From Chlorokybus atmophyticus (lineage: Eukaryota > Plantae > Mesostigma and Chlorokybus algae), in the NCBI GenBank assembly GCA_009103225.1, contig RHPI01002402.1:496001-560000 (forward strand): 64,000 nt of DNA, read 5' to 3'. Positions within the stretch are counted from its first letter, which is position 1. Every line of letters begins with the position of its first letter. Under the pieces are notes generated by a model. That model saw nothing but the letters and a program-made list of their open reading frames with translations. It did not search any database and had not been told where the DNA came from. A program made the translations under genes and the position numbers. Positions 1-13,457 of the stretch are shown here, one piece after another.

Positions 1-199
1 AGCTCAACCTTGCAATCCCAGCGTGCACTTTTTTCTATGCAAATTGCAGCCTGCATGCTGCAAAAACTGTGGTTGCTAGCTTCTGGTTTGTGTCATATAT
101 AAGGTGTTCAAGACAGTTGCCATTGTGCGCACAGTGAACTGCTAGGCTGGTGACATCAAGGTAGATGCTGGGTTCATACAGCTTGCAGCCCCTTACCAT

Positions 200-3100
200 A
201 TGGAACACAGTTTCAAGGCCCAATGCATTGCACTCCTGCAGGGAGGAAGTATAGAAAGTACCAGTCCTATCGAGAGAACGAAAATGTTGCTACTCGCGAA
301 GCGTCACAGGTACTGTTACACAAGTTGCTTACCTGTGTGGGACGCCAGATATGTATTTATGCAGCTGCAGCATCAGGTTGTACTGCAGATTACAAACTCT
401 GTTGTTTGCTCGCAGCGCATTGCACTTCGTCGGCCAGCATGCAAAGCACGCCTATTTCGTCAAGCACCTTCTCCCGTAGCACGACAAGTTGTAGTGCTTG
501 CTGCTTCTTCACACGTTACCACTAGCTCTGACGGAGGCTCACACGTGTCGGCAACTCCTCTATGCAAGCGCCGCAAGTCCAGTGGTGCAACACCGACATC
601 ACACTGCATTGAGCAACCTGGTGTTTCTAAGACGCGTTTCCCAGACATCAGGCCCTTGCTGTTAACCTTTGTCAAAGCCGAATCGCCACAAGCACCTGCA
701 CCTGCTGTTGAGACTGGCATCAAGTCTCCTGAGGAGCAGCCTTGCAAGCTGGACAACTCTGCAGAGCTTAATAAACTTACTGCTCTTGCCACTGTATCCA
801 GGCCTGTCTTTGGGATGTCGCCAAAACAGTTCAGCGTGTGTCACCGTCGCGGTACAGCAGGTTCGGGTGCTGTAAGAGTTCCTCTCAGTGATGTGGCAGC
901 TGCTGGGTGCTTTGCTGTTCGTGCGTCACCCATACGCGTACACATGCCTGCCCACCTGCCGACAGTGAAAGAGGATTGCGAGCTTAGTGCAGACCAAGAT
1001 TATGAAGATTGCCAAGAGCTGATGGATAATCCTCTTGAGTTCAGCCAGCCAACTTTGCCAATACAGCTGAAGCCGCGGCGTGTGTTCAACAGCAAGGATA
1101 CTCATATGGCGCCGGATGTGCGCAGTCCAGTAGACGATGCTGTTGTAGCTGCCGTTGTGCAGTCGCATGCCTGTGTTGAGGAACCGGCCGGTCCACCTCA
1201 GCAGACAGTTGCCGCTAGCACGCGAGACCAAGATGCTGGTACTGCCAGCCTCCCTGCCCATGTTCAATCTATGACCCGGCCAGATCTGATACACCAGCTC
1301 GCATTGCGAGGCGTGTTTGGCATGCAACGAGTGCGCAAAGCAGAGCTGCTAAGCCGCTTAGCAAGCTCGTCGCAGAACAACAATACCACGGTAATTGAAC
1401 CAACCAAAGCCACTACCAGGCCACGTCGGTTAAGAGAAACGGCTGCCAACTGTCCTCCAGCGCAAGCACAGTGCACTCCTCCTCAGGGTGTATATAACAG
1501 CCCACACACACCTGCTGCGGAGAGTCCGATAAGGCTGAGATCTAGAAGGCAGCGGCTGAGGCAATCAAGTCCAGCTACTCCTGCAGTTACCAGGGAGGGA
1601 GCACAAGGCCAAGATGATGCTCTCACGAAGAAGCAAAACACAGCACCTGCCAGACCCGCTGCTAGTTATCCTCCAACACAAGCACAATGCACCCCTCGGG
1701 ATGTACAAAACAGCGCACCTGCCGCGGAGAGTCCGATGACACTCAGGTCTGGAAGGCAGCAGCTGAGGCCCTCAAGCCCAGCTACTCCTGCAGATACCAG
1801 TGAGGATGCACAAGGCCAAGATGATGCTCTCACGAAGAAGCTAAGCACAGCACCTGCCAGACTCGCTGCTAGTTGTCCTCCAACACAAGCACAGTGCACC
1901 CCTCAGGATGTACAAAGCAGCCCGCCTGCTGCGGAGAGTCCAATGAAACTGAGGTCTGGAAGGCAGCGGCTGAGGCACTCAAGTCCGGCTACTCCTGCGG
2001 TTCACAGTGAGGATGCTGAAGGCCGAGAGGATGCTCTTGCAAAAGGAAGCACAGCACCTGCTAGACCTGCTGCAAAGCGCCGTGCCAGCAAGGCTCAACA
2101 GCCAGCGGTTGAGCCAAAGGCTGTGAAGCGCAAGGCTGAAGCATCGAGTGAAGCTCTACCCAGGCAGCGATTGAGGAAGGATCCAGTGGCTGCTAAGGGG
2201 AACTTTGTACGGTCACAAATCAATGGCAAGGGGCCATCACGCAGACGCTTCATGAGTAAATCCAGCAGGTTCAACAAGTTTAGCCGCAAGTCGAAAGGGT
2301 ATTTCCATAAGCGGCAATGGCAGCAACGAGGAAACGCAGCTGCACCTAGTCAGTTTGGCAATGCAATGGGTAGCAGGTGAGCAAGAACAACATCATACAT
2401 GGTGTCAAGCTGAAAGCCTGTGAGCGAGCAGCAACTTACCGCTCATAAGTGTCGCACCATGCAATATTTACAACTGCCCTCTCAAGTTTGATGCCGTATG
2501 TCAAATGCAGGTGGCAAAGGCAGCCCAGTCAAGCCATATGGGAGAATGACACAGGCCCTACCTCAGACGTCGGTGCGGGTTCAGCATCGATGGAGCTTGG
2601 TTGCAATCCTGTTACACAGCACACCAATCACCAAAAGCATGTATCAGCCAGTCTGCACAAGTTGTTGGATGCTGCACGATGCGACTCGTCGGCAGACAAC
2701 TTGAGACTTGTGTTGAGGGCCGCATTTGGCTATGAAGACTTCCGACCTGGTCAGCTTACCACCATAACCAACGTCCTTGCCGAGCAGTCATCTATGGTCG
2801 TCCTTCCCACGGGTTCAGGAAAATCCTTGTGTTATCAGGTCAGCTTCCTCGCTGGTTGCCAACTCGACCTGCATTTCATAGACACACTCATGAACACTGT
2901 GTTCCTCCTCTGGTGTGTAGTTGCCGGCTTTGCTACTGCCCGGCATAGTGCTGGTTGTGTCACCACTGGTGGCTCTTATGAGGGATCAGCTGGAGCATTT
3001 GCCGAGTTGTCTGCCAGGTGTATTGCTAACCTCCCAGCAGGTTAGCATTACACACAAGCAATACACAATACCTAATCATTGCTATGCGCTTCCTAGTGGC

Positions 3101-5948
3101 TGACCAGTTTGCAACAGGATTATCTAGAGCAGCAAGATGTCATCAGACGCTTGCAGACCGGTGAAGCAAAGGTGTGCTTTGTGGCTTGCAGTTGCAAGTT
3201 GTCGGAACTGATCCAGTGCTGTGCGTACAGGTTTTGTTTGTGTCTCCGGAGCGTTTGTTCACTGCCAGGTTTCTTGCCGCTGCAAGCACCCTTCAGCCAT
3301 TTGCATTCGTGGCAGTGGATGAAGCTCACTGCGTCTCCGACTGGTGAGTCATTGTGTTATCTGCTTACTGGTTTCCAACTGCGGCTAACAGAAATGGTCC
3401 AGTCCAGTAGCCGTCAAGCATAGTCAACCATCGGGAACTCTGGTGCACCAGGTCGCACAACTTCCGCCCAGCCTATCTGCGCCTCGGAGAGTACATAAGG
3501 GGACGAATCCAAGCACGGTGTGTCTTGGCACTGACTGCCACGGCCACAAAGCTTACAGTCGATGCTGTCATGAGTACGCTCGGAGTTCCATCTGACAACA
3601 TCATCCAAGAAGAGCCCGTTCGCAACAACCTTCACCTGTCTGTCAGCCACTCTAAGGAACGCAGTACACAAAGGAGGTACGCTATACACGACTTTGGGTG
3701 TAGTAACATGATGGCAGAATGTCGGGTTTCTTCTTGTGTTACATATAGGAAGCTGCATGCTTTCCCTGTCTGCAGCGAGGGAAACAACAGACTGGATTTG
3801 TCAGTTTTACAAGCGGTTGTGACACAATTGTGACTGTGCTACTGCTGGTAGGCTGGAAGATTTGGACTTGTTGCTTAAAACGCCGAGGTTTGCCGCAGCC
3901 AAATCCATCATAGTATACTGCAGCATGAAGGTACATTAGAACCACAGCCCTGTCTTTCGCTCACTCGATTGGCATGCCTTCACATTCGGGTCTTTGCAAC
4001 AGTATGACACAGACGAGGTGGCCGACTACCTCTCTGCATGTGGCTTTCGAGCCCAGGTGAGGCACTTGCTGCGGGTTGACGTCACTTGAACCCTAAACAA
4101 ATGAAACAGTTGCATGCGGCATGTTGTCTAGCTGACCAACAGTGGCAACCTTGCAGAGCTATCATGCGGAGAAAAGTGCTGACGAACGTAACCGGATACA
4201 GCGGATGTTCTGCACCAACAAGCTTAGAGTGGTGGGTTTTGTGACATCCGACTCTACATCATTGACCGCAATGCACAGAACAACGTGTATGATGATGGTG
4301 CACCTGGTTAAAGTATGATCGCTGCTGCTGTGCAGGTGGTTGCTACTGTTGCATTTGGGATGGGGCTGGACAAGAGCGATGTTGGAGCGGTACGTTGTCT
4401 TGCGTTGGCTGTTCTGAGCCTGAATACTTGGGCAACAGTTTTGGGCACTGCATGCGTGGGGCAAGAAAAGTCAGCAGATACCATCCAACAGCTCGATATG
4501 CTGTGTCAGCGACATCAGGGCTTGTCCTTGAGGAACTTAACAGTCTGGCTTACAGTATCACGTCTGCAGGTGGTTCACTACAACATGCCTCGCAGTCTGG
4601 AGAGCTTTGTCCAGGTTTGCAGTCCAATGCTGGTTGCTCTATTCTGCTATAACTTTCTCAGTACAAGCCAGTCACGCATGCAACGCTGCAGGAAATTGGG
4701 CGTGCAGGTCGTGACGGGCGTGATGCCCACTGTCACATGTTTGCGGACGACACGGACTTCATCAGGCTTAGGAGCCTGTTGTTCAGGTAGGCGCATGCCT
4801 ATTGGATTTTCACGTCTGGGTTTGAACTCACACTTTATGGCAACACAGTGATGGTGTAGAGGACCAGGCTATCTTCAAGCTGTTATCTAAGGTCTTCAGC
4901 GGTGCATCTTGCCAGATCCAAAGTACACAAGGTATCAACGCAATGAGTGATCGTGATCAACATGGCACCAGTGCACACTAGTAACTTGCGGGCAACAGGA
5001 GATGCCTGGGTATGACACGCAACTCTGACTCTGCTTGAAAGAATGTAACGACTGTCGTATTGTAGCACCTGCTTGCGGAGTTGTTGCAATAGAAGCCACT
5101 TCAAAGGAGTTGGACATGCGAGAAGAAGTGCTCCAGACGATGCTGTCATACTTGGAACTGGAGGGCTTGGTGCGGTTGTTGCCTCCACTGTTCGCCACTT
5201 GTCATGTGACGTTCCACAAAACACCCATAGAAAAGCTGGCCAAGCAGAGCGGCCTAGTTGCGGCTGTCATGCAACAATGCAAGCCACGGCAAGGCCGGTA
5301 CACCTTCAGCATCCCGACGATGGCTGCCACCATGGGCGTGACCATCCCACAGCTGGATGGCGAGCTCAAGCAGTTGCTGGTGTGTAAAACTCACCTTGCA
5401 TGGCATCTCAACCAGAAGTTGACCTGTGGGCTGTCTCGCAGACCAACAGGGAGGTGAATTATGAAACTGAAGATAAGTCGCTGTGCTTTGAGATCCTCAA
5501 AAAGCCAGACAGTACAGGAGAGTTGGCTCAAGGACTGATCCGGAGGTTGTCTGAGGTTGAGGCCTGCCAGGTGTCCAAGCTGGATGCTGTATATCAAGCT
5601 GTCACGCTTGCTAGCAATGCATCCGGCTTCAAAAGCCAGACCGCCATACTGCAACAACATATGGCAGAATACTTCACCTCCCCAACCGTTACCGTGCCAA
5701 CACCGGCAATCATCAAGTCATCTGACAGCCAACTTACCGCAGACATGAAAGTGTTCATCAAGTCACATCGGCATGTCAAGCTCAACGCAAGAGCCATTGC
5801 TCGCATTTTTCAGAGCCTGCAGAGTCCCGCTTTCCCGGCTTCGCAGTGGTGCAAGAACCACTGGTGGGGCAAGTACAAACATGTTTCTTTCCATGCCATC
5901 CGGCAAATGGCGCAGCAAGAGCTCATTGCGTCAATTGGTCGCTCATGA
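200..5948 (+). CDS. RECQL4: RecQ4-type ATP-dependent DNA helicase (plant RECQ5/RECQL4 class), multi-exon; true start may lie upstream or differ
   Basis: Spliced exons give motif I (LPTGSGKSLCYQ), VVSPLVALMRDQ, motif II (VDEAHCVSDW), SHNFRPAY, ALTATA, VATVAFGMGLDKSDV and QEIGRAGRDG. The N-terminal GNFVRSQINGK resembles the RecQ4 NFVRLN motif. GT-AG junctions checked at 2376/2511, 2838/2921, 3040/3118 and 3171/3231. TGA at 5946-5948. Confidence 0.9.
1451..2075 (+). repeat. Three imperfect coding tandem repeats (216 and 207 bp period) in the RecQ4 N-terminus
   Basis: Units start at 1451, 1667 and 1874 and read CPPxQAQCTP...PAAESPxxLRSxRQxLRxSSPATPA...DDALxK..TAPARxAA. Confidence 0.95.
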
Positions 5949-6907
5949 TAGCAAGCAATTGTTGTACACATACTCTAGCAATTGTTGGATGTAAGTTTGA
6001 TGTATTGCAGCACCTAGGAGGTAGACGTTTATATAGCTTCCCCACCTGCACCTGTGCGGCCCAAGGCAATTTGCATCTCTAGCAAGTGGTGAGCACCTTT
6101 GATGGTGTACTGTGCTGACACATGAATTCGCAAACCTGTTGTGTACGACCACTGCATGTGTTCCGTGCACATGTGTAGGTGCAGCAAATGCCGTGGCCAA
6201 CGTGGCCAGGAGCTGATATGCTCAAATGCTGACATCGTAGCGCTGTGTTTCCGGTTGACTTAGGCCTGATGAGAGAAACACACTTGACCCCACTTAATAA
6301 TTTCTTGCATGTTTGCTATGTGATGTGTCCAGTTATAGAGTTCCCCAGTAGGTTATTACAACGGCGCACGCACTCCACAAGGCAGCAGACGAGTGGCAAG
6401 TAGCGTCTGGGAATGTCTACCGACCTGAGTGGGTGACGTCTGTACTCCAATAGCTGTGCATGCCTTCCCAACAATGTCATCAAGGATGCTGCGCCATCAC
6501 ACGCCAGGTTGTTTGACATTGCCGAAGCACATCCAGAGGCTCAATCAAGCACAGTTGCTTATGAGGCTTCTAAAGGTATGTTGTGAATAAAGCCGTCATA
6601 ACACTACAGAAGCAGGACTACTACAAGTAAACATCGCATCACCTGGGTATGTGGCATTACAACACAAAGCCAGGTGTGGTTCTGACTTCCTGAAGCACAC
6701 ACTCACACAGTCCAGTGAGTGGGGCAACACGCGTCCTTCTTCAACGTAATTACATAACCTGAAATGTTGCGGTGCAACTGGGCATTGCACAAAGCTTCCT
6801 ATGAAAATTGCTAACCCAATGTTGACTAACTGTAGGCTGACCTGCAGCCATGTCCACTTGGCATTGGCCGCGTGCTGTATGTACAAGCAAAGCCCAAGTG
6901 CCTCGTG

Positions 6908-7961
6908 TCACTGCACATTGCGTGCTTTCAATCGCTTCTCTTCCTTGGTAAGGAAAATGTCATCCATTGTCAACTCTGGCGACTTCTTCGCCATCTGTGC
7001 AGCAGGCACGCCTTCAGGTGGTTGGTGCACAACAAAACTTGAACACAAGTCAGCATGGAAACTTGACAACAGTAAGAAGTTTCTAGTATGGCGGTAGTTG
7101 ACACAGAGCAATGTTGCCAGACTTGGCAAAGTAGTAACAACTTGCGCACCTTGGACTTCTTCCAATCCGCCAGGATCTGCGGCATGTTCTTCATGTTCTC
7201 TTCTATTCGCTTTACCCTGAAGTAGGCCACACGATCAAGTAGCCATGACTGACTCACCCTTTAAACATGCTTGGTTTTTCAACTGCAGCATTATAGTGAA
7301 TTCCTGGCGTATAACAACGCATTGCACACAGATCGTTAAAGCGCACAATGGCTGTACACAGCAACTATTGGGCAATCATCAAGCAGCCATGACGTGCCAT
7401 ACAATGCAACAACAGATGAGCGAAAAATTCAATGACAATGTGCATTTCATCCAAGCAGTGGGTGGGCCCCTTGCCCGTAGCGCTAGTGGACTCACCTTTC
7501 AGCCTTCTCCCTGTCGCACTTGTGACCCTTCATGACGGTCTTCATCTCTTTCCGAGGTTGCTCAAACGGCCAGTCCCTGAACAATTGCCAAAACTCAACC
7601 GACTAGCAGCCAGCCCATTTTTGTTATTCAAGCTTGTGTTGGCAGTAACAGCGTGACATGCCACAGACACCATTGCAACCACACACAAGCTGTACTTGAC
7701 TGCGTGTGGAGAAACATGAAAAAATTCTAACAGCCAGCTGCATGCCGTATTGTCTAAGCTACACAATCACCAAGCTGCATGCCACTCCCCCCCAAACCAC
7801 AACCACCTGCCAGCGAGCAGCTCCTCCCTCCGCATGCGCGCGACAATCCTCGCGGAGATCGCCGCCTTCCGCCACACGCCGTTCACCAGGGCCGGCTTAA
7901 TGAGCTTGGCAAGCTGCTGCAGCCGGTCGCCTGCGGCGGCAGCCGCCCCCGCCGCCGCCAT
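6908..7961 (-). CDS. mL59: Mitochondrial large-subunit ribosomal protein mL59 (MRPL25 family), 4 exons
   Basis: Exons 7961-7807, 7576-7496, 7216-7150 and 6994-6908 splice in frame to ...NGVWRKAAISARIVARMRRE..GRDWPFEQPRKEMKTVMKGHKCDREKAERVKRIEENMKNMPQILADWKKSK.... These match the W..A.IS.R, KGHK and I...M..MP..I..W family motifs. Confidence 0.8.
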
Positions 7962-8375
7962 GACGCTCGCCTCATCCACCACCTTGGCCACATTCCTGTG
8001 CAAAGGGCAATGGCAACCCTAATCGCAGCGTTGTGGCAAGCGTTGCAGCGTTGCAGAAGGCGTTGTCGGCAGAGTTGTTGGACACGTACAGACAGTGTGG
8101 ACAAAATGTTGGCACACATGTACTCGCACGTCCACCTGCCGGCATGCATGCACACACGCAGAGTCCACGTACATGTCACTGTTGGGGACCAACTGGATGG
8201 ACACCTCATCTGGGTGGCAGCGCAAGTAGTATGTGAGGGCATGCATGGGTGCAGGAGGAGTAGAGCACTGACAGCAGTTGGGAAAACCACACAGCACCGA
8301 CTCAACAGCAGTCACATGCTGTGAGAGAGAGTTTTTCGTGTGTCCCTCTTCTGTGAGCAGCATGTGTGTCCATAG

Positions 8376-9332
8376 TCAAAACACATCAATCAGCTGTACT
8401 CGTACATACCAACAAGCAAACAACACACACCGACAGTACCGGTACATCGCACCATACTTTTGCGACGTGCCATGCTGGATGATGTGTCATTGGTACACTC
8501 ACAACCAGATAAGAAGGTTGAGTGTGGGTGGACAAAGCACTCTCCTACAAGAGAGGAACGTCTTATTCACCCGCGGGCAATTTTCCGGATTAGACTGCCA
8601 CAACTTTGCCAGAATCTGCTGCCAAACGCTTTCAACCTTCTCATGACAGCTTGTCTCCTCTGTAAGCTTAGTGTTAGGCACTTCGTCAGTCCAACCAACC
8701 TCCCCCCATTTGCACCTTTCCTTAGTGCATCTGGCGCTCCAGCCATCCCAGTCCAGGCCTGCGGAATCCAGTCCCCTCAGCCTGGGGGAGCCAACCTTAG
8801 GTGTGGGATCTCCTGTGCGAGTACTCCTGAGTACTTCACCCACCTCTCAGAGGCCTGCAGTCTGTGCCCAGCTGATACTGTCGAAGACATCAAAGAAGCT
8901 GACCGATGCTAGTTACCTATCTGCTGACACTGGCAGGCTAGCTGCTGGCCTCTTGACGCCTCAGGCGGGTCATCCACCCTGGCTGCCATGTCCGCCGCCG
9001 CCTCAGTGTGTAAGGCGTTTGTGTTTGTCCCACCCACAAGCAAAGTGAGGTTGACTACAGCGTCGCTTACTGGCGCTCTCAAGCAAGCCCGTAGATCCTG
9101 GGGTGTCAACGTGTATGCGTCTAAGTCACGGTGCTTGTGTGCGTGTGTTGCATGGGGAGCGACCGCGTGCATGCGTGTGCACGCTGTGCGTCTACGGGTT
9201 GACACGGGAACGAGTGCATGCAAGGCAATCGTGCTGTGCGTTCAACACATCAAAGCAGCGCACACTCCGCATGCAAACCGTTTACACGTGCTGTCGACAC
9301 GCACATGCACACATATGCTGGTGTTGTAGGCA

Positions 9333-9374
<42 letters not shown>

Positions 9375-12160
9375 GCAGTGACGAAGGCACAGCGATTCGG
9401 GGCTCTGACATACAAGCGTGATTGAGACCGCACACACTCTCTGAGTAGCGCTCGCTCTCCTTTCGTATCTACAAGAAGTGCACTTGAATCATCAGGCCGT
9501 TTGAAGCCACAGGTCTTCACTTAAGCTGTGTCCGTTGTACGCATGCGTGCATGCGAGACAGGACAGCAAGCAGACCCTGAACCATAAACAGAGCGTTACT
9601 TGAGATATGCACATCTTCATCACGAGCCCTACCCTCAGCGCAAGTCTTGATACACGCGTAGACCCGCACACAGCGGTTGCATCATCATCATGTGATGACG
9701 CAAGGGAGAGTTCACAGTGCTGAGGTGGCGGTGCTGCTCGCCGCTGACGACCAAACACTCTGTGATGATGATGATGATGATGATGGGGCACAACCAAGCG
9801 ATCGTGTACATCAACAGTCATTTGCAACAACTATTGCTCACACGGCTCCATGGTTTTGCACAGGCACTTGTGTGATGCGCTGATGGTTGCAGCAGCAGCG
9901 TGCAGTCCAGACTGACTCAGGTGCGGGCGAGAGATGTAATGAAAGGTACAGCTGAGAGTGGACACAGTTGAGTGACTCGTTGAGTTGTGTGTCGTCATAC
10001 TGCTGTTGTGAGTCAGTTGTATCTGTGCTTGTGCGTGTGTGTGTGTGTGTGTGTGTTTTCTGCTCGGCGCGCTCGGCCACGGGATGTATCGGTCAATACC
10101 GATGCGATGAAAACATCCACAAGGGCCTGGCCCCGATGCGTACAAGTCAATAGCACTGATGGCTTCAGAGTGAGTGCAAGAGCAGACCACCAATGTCTAT
10201 GTACTGACTGAGCAGAGCAGCATGCGTGGATCAAAGAGCTCAGATGAGGATCTCTTTGTGGAATTGGCCCTTCTCGCACTGTATTCGTACTACCAAGCAG
10301 ACTTGTTGAAGAGTCTGCGCTGCGTATCAAAGCCAACATCTGATGAGCTCTGTGTGTGTGTGTGCGCGCGCGCGCGCGCGCACTGAGAGACGCCAGAGAG
10401 CGGCGCCGGTGATTAGCAGCAGTGCATAGACAGGATGATGGCTGGTCCTGGCTCTTTTGTTTGTTGAGCGTGGATGCGAAAATGAGTTTCTGAACCCACA
10501 ATCTCATGGCAAGGTCTAAAACAGAAATTATTGGTCTTTCTCCCCATGTTGCAGGTGGGATGCATGGACCTGGCCGCCACACTGTTTGGCACTTGGAAGT
10601 TGTCTGGCACACAGAGTCAAAGAGACAGCCACGGCATGCGCAGCGCATTCTTCAGCTGCTTGTCGCACGTGAAGAACATTTGCAGGTATCTCACCTCTCT
10701 CGCTGAACAACACAAGGGTTGCTGGAATTTGTGCGTGCGTGCGTGCGTGCGTGAATGGGTGGGTGCCAGCATGTGTGACACGCACTCACATTGACATCAT
10801 GTTGGCCAGCCAAGGCAGCCAATAATCCTAAAAGCAGCGCACAGTGCTGCTACGGTTATACTGCTGAACACTTGTGTGTGTTCGCTGAAACAACAACAAG
10901 TCTGAAGGCTGATGCTGGCTGCACCCACCCACCTGCGTGCATGCATGCGACCTGTTATGGTGATGGTACAACTCACCTGCCAGCGCACCCGTTGAGGAAT
11001 GACTGAAAATGGCGAGTGCCCTGCTGCCCTTTGTGAGTCACAGGCAGGAAAGGCTGTGAGCACAGCTGACATAGCTGAGGGCGCCCTGGCTTGATGTATT
11101 GATCTGCGTTCATATTCTGTTGTGTGCGTGTCTTTCTCATTCTGCGTTGGGAGCTTATTTGAGCTTGTGCTGATTGTACTATTGACAGGTAGTACCAGTG
11201 CGACACACACAACGTCATCGGTTGGGGGAGTCCAACCATGCCAAGCTAGCCATGTGACAGGGAGCGTTGCATACCAGCAGCTTCTTTCAGGTATATATAC
11301 TGTGTTCGTCAAAAAGGTAGCACCATCATCGGTGTTGACACGCAACGGGGCTTTGCGCTCCTTGTGCTGATGGCTGGCGGCGTGCACAAGCACTCTCTGA
11401 TTGTGTGTTGCGTGTCTCTCAGTTGTCTGTGTCCCCTCCCAGTCTGATTGAAGAAAGTATAGTGCATCAGCTGACTCCACCGTGCGTGATGCCACAAGTT
11501 CGGGACTGTGTCGCTAATGTCTGCGGAGCAAAGAGACAGTCACACAAGCTACCTCACTAGTATTGCTGTCTTATGACGTTGTCGTTGTTTTTGCCTTGCA
11601 GCTGTTGGGTGACTTTGTTTTGTTTCTAACTTGCTCCTGATTTCATCTCGCCGCTTCTGTATGGCTTTTTGTGCAAAGGAGTGTGTGATGGCCCCTCACG
11701 ACCACAACCAACCCGGCAGTCCCCTTCATCTTTGCTGCTGTCTCATGAGCACTCCCCCTCATGCAAGAGAGGCTCTCTATTTGGTCCCAGCCTGCTTGAG
11801 GTGCTCCATTATGGGTCTTCTGTACCTACCCACGGCCTCAAGACCAGACCAACAGCTGGTGAACCAATTGAACCTGAACGACACAACCATGAAGCTGCCA
11901 GCCATCCCCGCTCAGGATTTTGTGTAATTGAACGTGCCGCATCTCTGCATCAGACCTCACAACAAAGATTTTGAGGACATCGATGAGACACGTACTTGCC
12001 AGACAAACATGTGTTGTTTACATATAGCGCTCAGCGCTATGCCAGCAGATTCGCTGGCTTTAAGCCATGGAAAAGCGCGGCTGCGATTGTGTGTGCAGTC
12101 TTATTGGCATCGTCTGGTCGCTTTGCTGCAACACGCTATGCAGAACACAACAGTAGTAAG
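8376..12160 (+). pseudogene. Unidentified multi-exon gene or pseudogene; no intact ORF can be assembled
   Basis: Polypyrimidine-AG acceptors (10554, about 11420/11440, 11601) and TG-rich intron-like tracts are oriented on +. Exon-like frames at 8376-9130, 10068-10350, 10555-10685 and 11631-12160 contain in-frame TAG/TGA/TAA. Confidence 0.35.
9342..9372. repeat. (GA)n microsatellite
   Basis: Direct read. Confidence 0.95.
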
Positions 12161-13457
12161 GTATGACGTTGGCAAGTCAGCAGGAAGTGGCCAGCCACAA
12201 CACAGTCTAACAGCGTGCCAAGTTGGATCTGTTTACCCTTAACAGAGTGTACAAAAGATGCATAGCGTGCAAGCAACATGCACATAGTAGCTAAGGCAGC
12301 GCATACTCAACTCAACTCAGCCATGCACGCTCACCAGCACCTTGTTTATACATATGACCACCGGGCTGTTCAACACTACCTCCACTACCACCACTACTTA
12401 CAACACTAACCACCGACCCCGTTAGCCATGCACGAATCTCAGCCACACCTATTACCTGCACGCAGCCAATTGGTAGGCGGTTAATGTCACAGTGGTTTAC
12501 AACGACAGCAGCAGCACGACGCAAGCCAATGCAATCGGTCCCACCTTCTGCTCCTTCTCTTCTCTCCCCCCTTTGCTGTCGCCCCCCTCTTTCTCTCGGC
12601 ACCCAGTCTGCCACGTCGTGACAGCTGGACCTGCTACAACCCTCATTGCAGCAGGGTCCCCTGATGCCCGCTCTTCTCCCGGTGCGCATGCAGCTAGGGT
12701 CCCTCTCCTTAATGCTCCTGTTCCAGGAACAATCAGCACCGTGGTGCTGTGTCTGTCAAGCACGGCATTTGCTTGACCGATTGCGAGGTGCCACAGTGAA
12801 ACAACATGCATGCTATGTATTGGTGCTGAGTGCATGCTCTGATTGCTTGCTGCACGGTGTGTTGCTGTGTGTTGCGTGCTAAGCATTGCATATCTGTGCG
12901 TGACGTGCCGATTGTCTTATACCCTATGCATCACTGGTGCACATGCACCAGACACGTACCTGGGCGCTCACCACTTCTTGCTTCTTGCTGTCTGTCGTAT
13001 GTCTTATCCCAGTCAAGGCCCTGTGATGTAACTCAGCCACTGTGTTGCACAAGCATCAGGACACGTATTCAGGTTGTATGGTCAACAATAGCGAGTGGCA
13101 GACATCCTTTCTGCTCCTCAACGTACCAGTTGCAGCCCCGTGCACCAACTCACTGGCGCCAGATGCCGCAAACCAAACGAGATTGCCAACTCCGCGGTTG
13201 CTGGCCGAAGGCAAAAGAGGTCAGCAGCCCACGTGAGTCGCTTGGTTATGAAGGTGCGAGTGTGCAGCAAGCTTGCAAACCGCACATGGTAAATGCAGGC
13301 TAGCGCAAGCGCATGTCCTTACAAATAATCCTTATTGACAATCTCAACCTGGCTTTGAGCCAAACCAATCCCCAAGCACGCAATCTATGGACATTCGCTG
13401 CTCAGTTTAGGCATACACTCGCGCGACCTCTATACACAAATCGCCTGAAAAGGCATG

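Noticed and set aside
6245-6281. Hammerhead-ribozyme-like CTGATGA...GAAAC with a GTGTTTC/GAAACAC pairing
   Set aside because: Only 2 nt lie between CUGAUGA and GAAA, so stem II is absent, and stem I does not close properly.
6316-6886. ORFs between the RecQ4 and mL59 stop codons
   Set aside because: They lie in the expected 3'-UTR space of two convergent genes, with no motif or splice support.
12416-12430. 15-bp match CATGGCTAACGGGGT with 18638-18652 (opposite strand)
   Set aside because: Several 15-mer matches are expected by chance in 64 kb on two strands.
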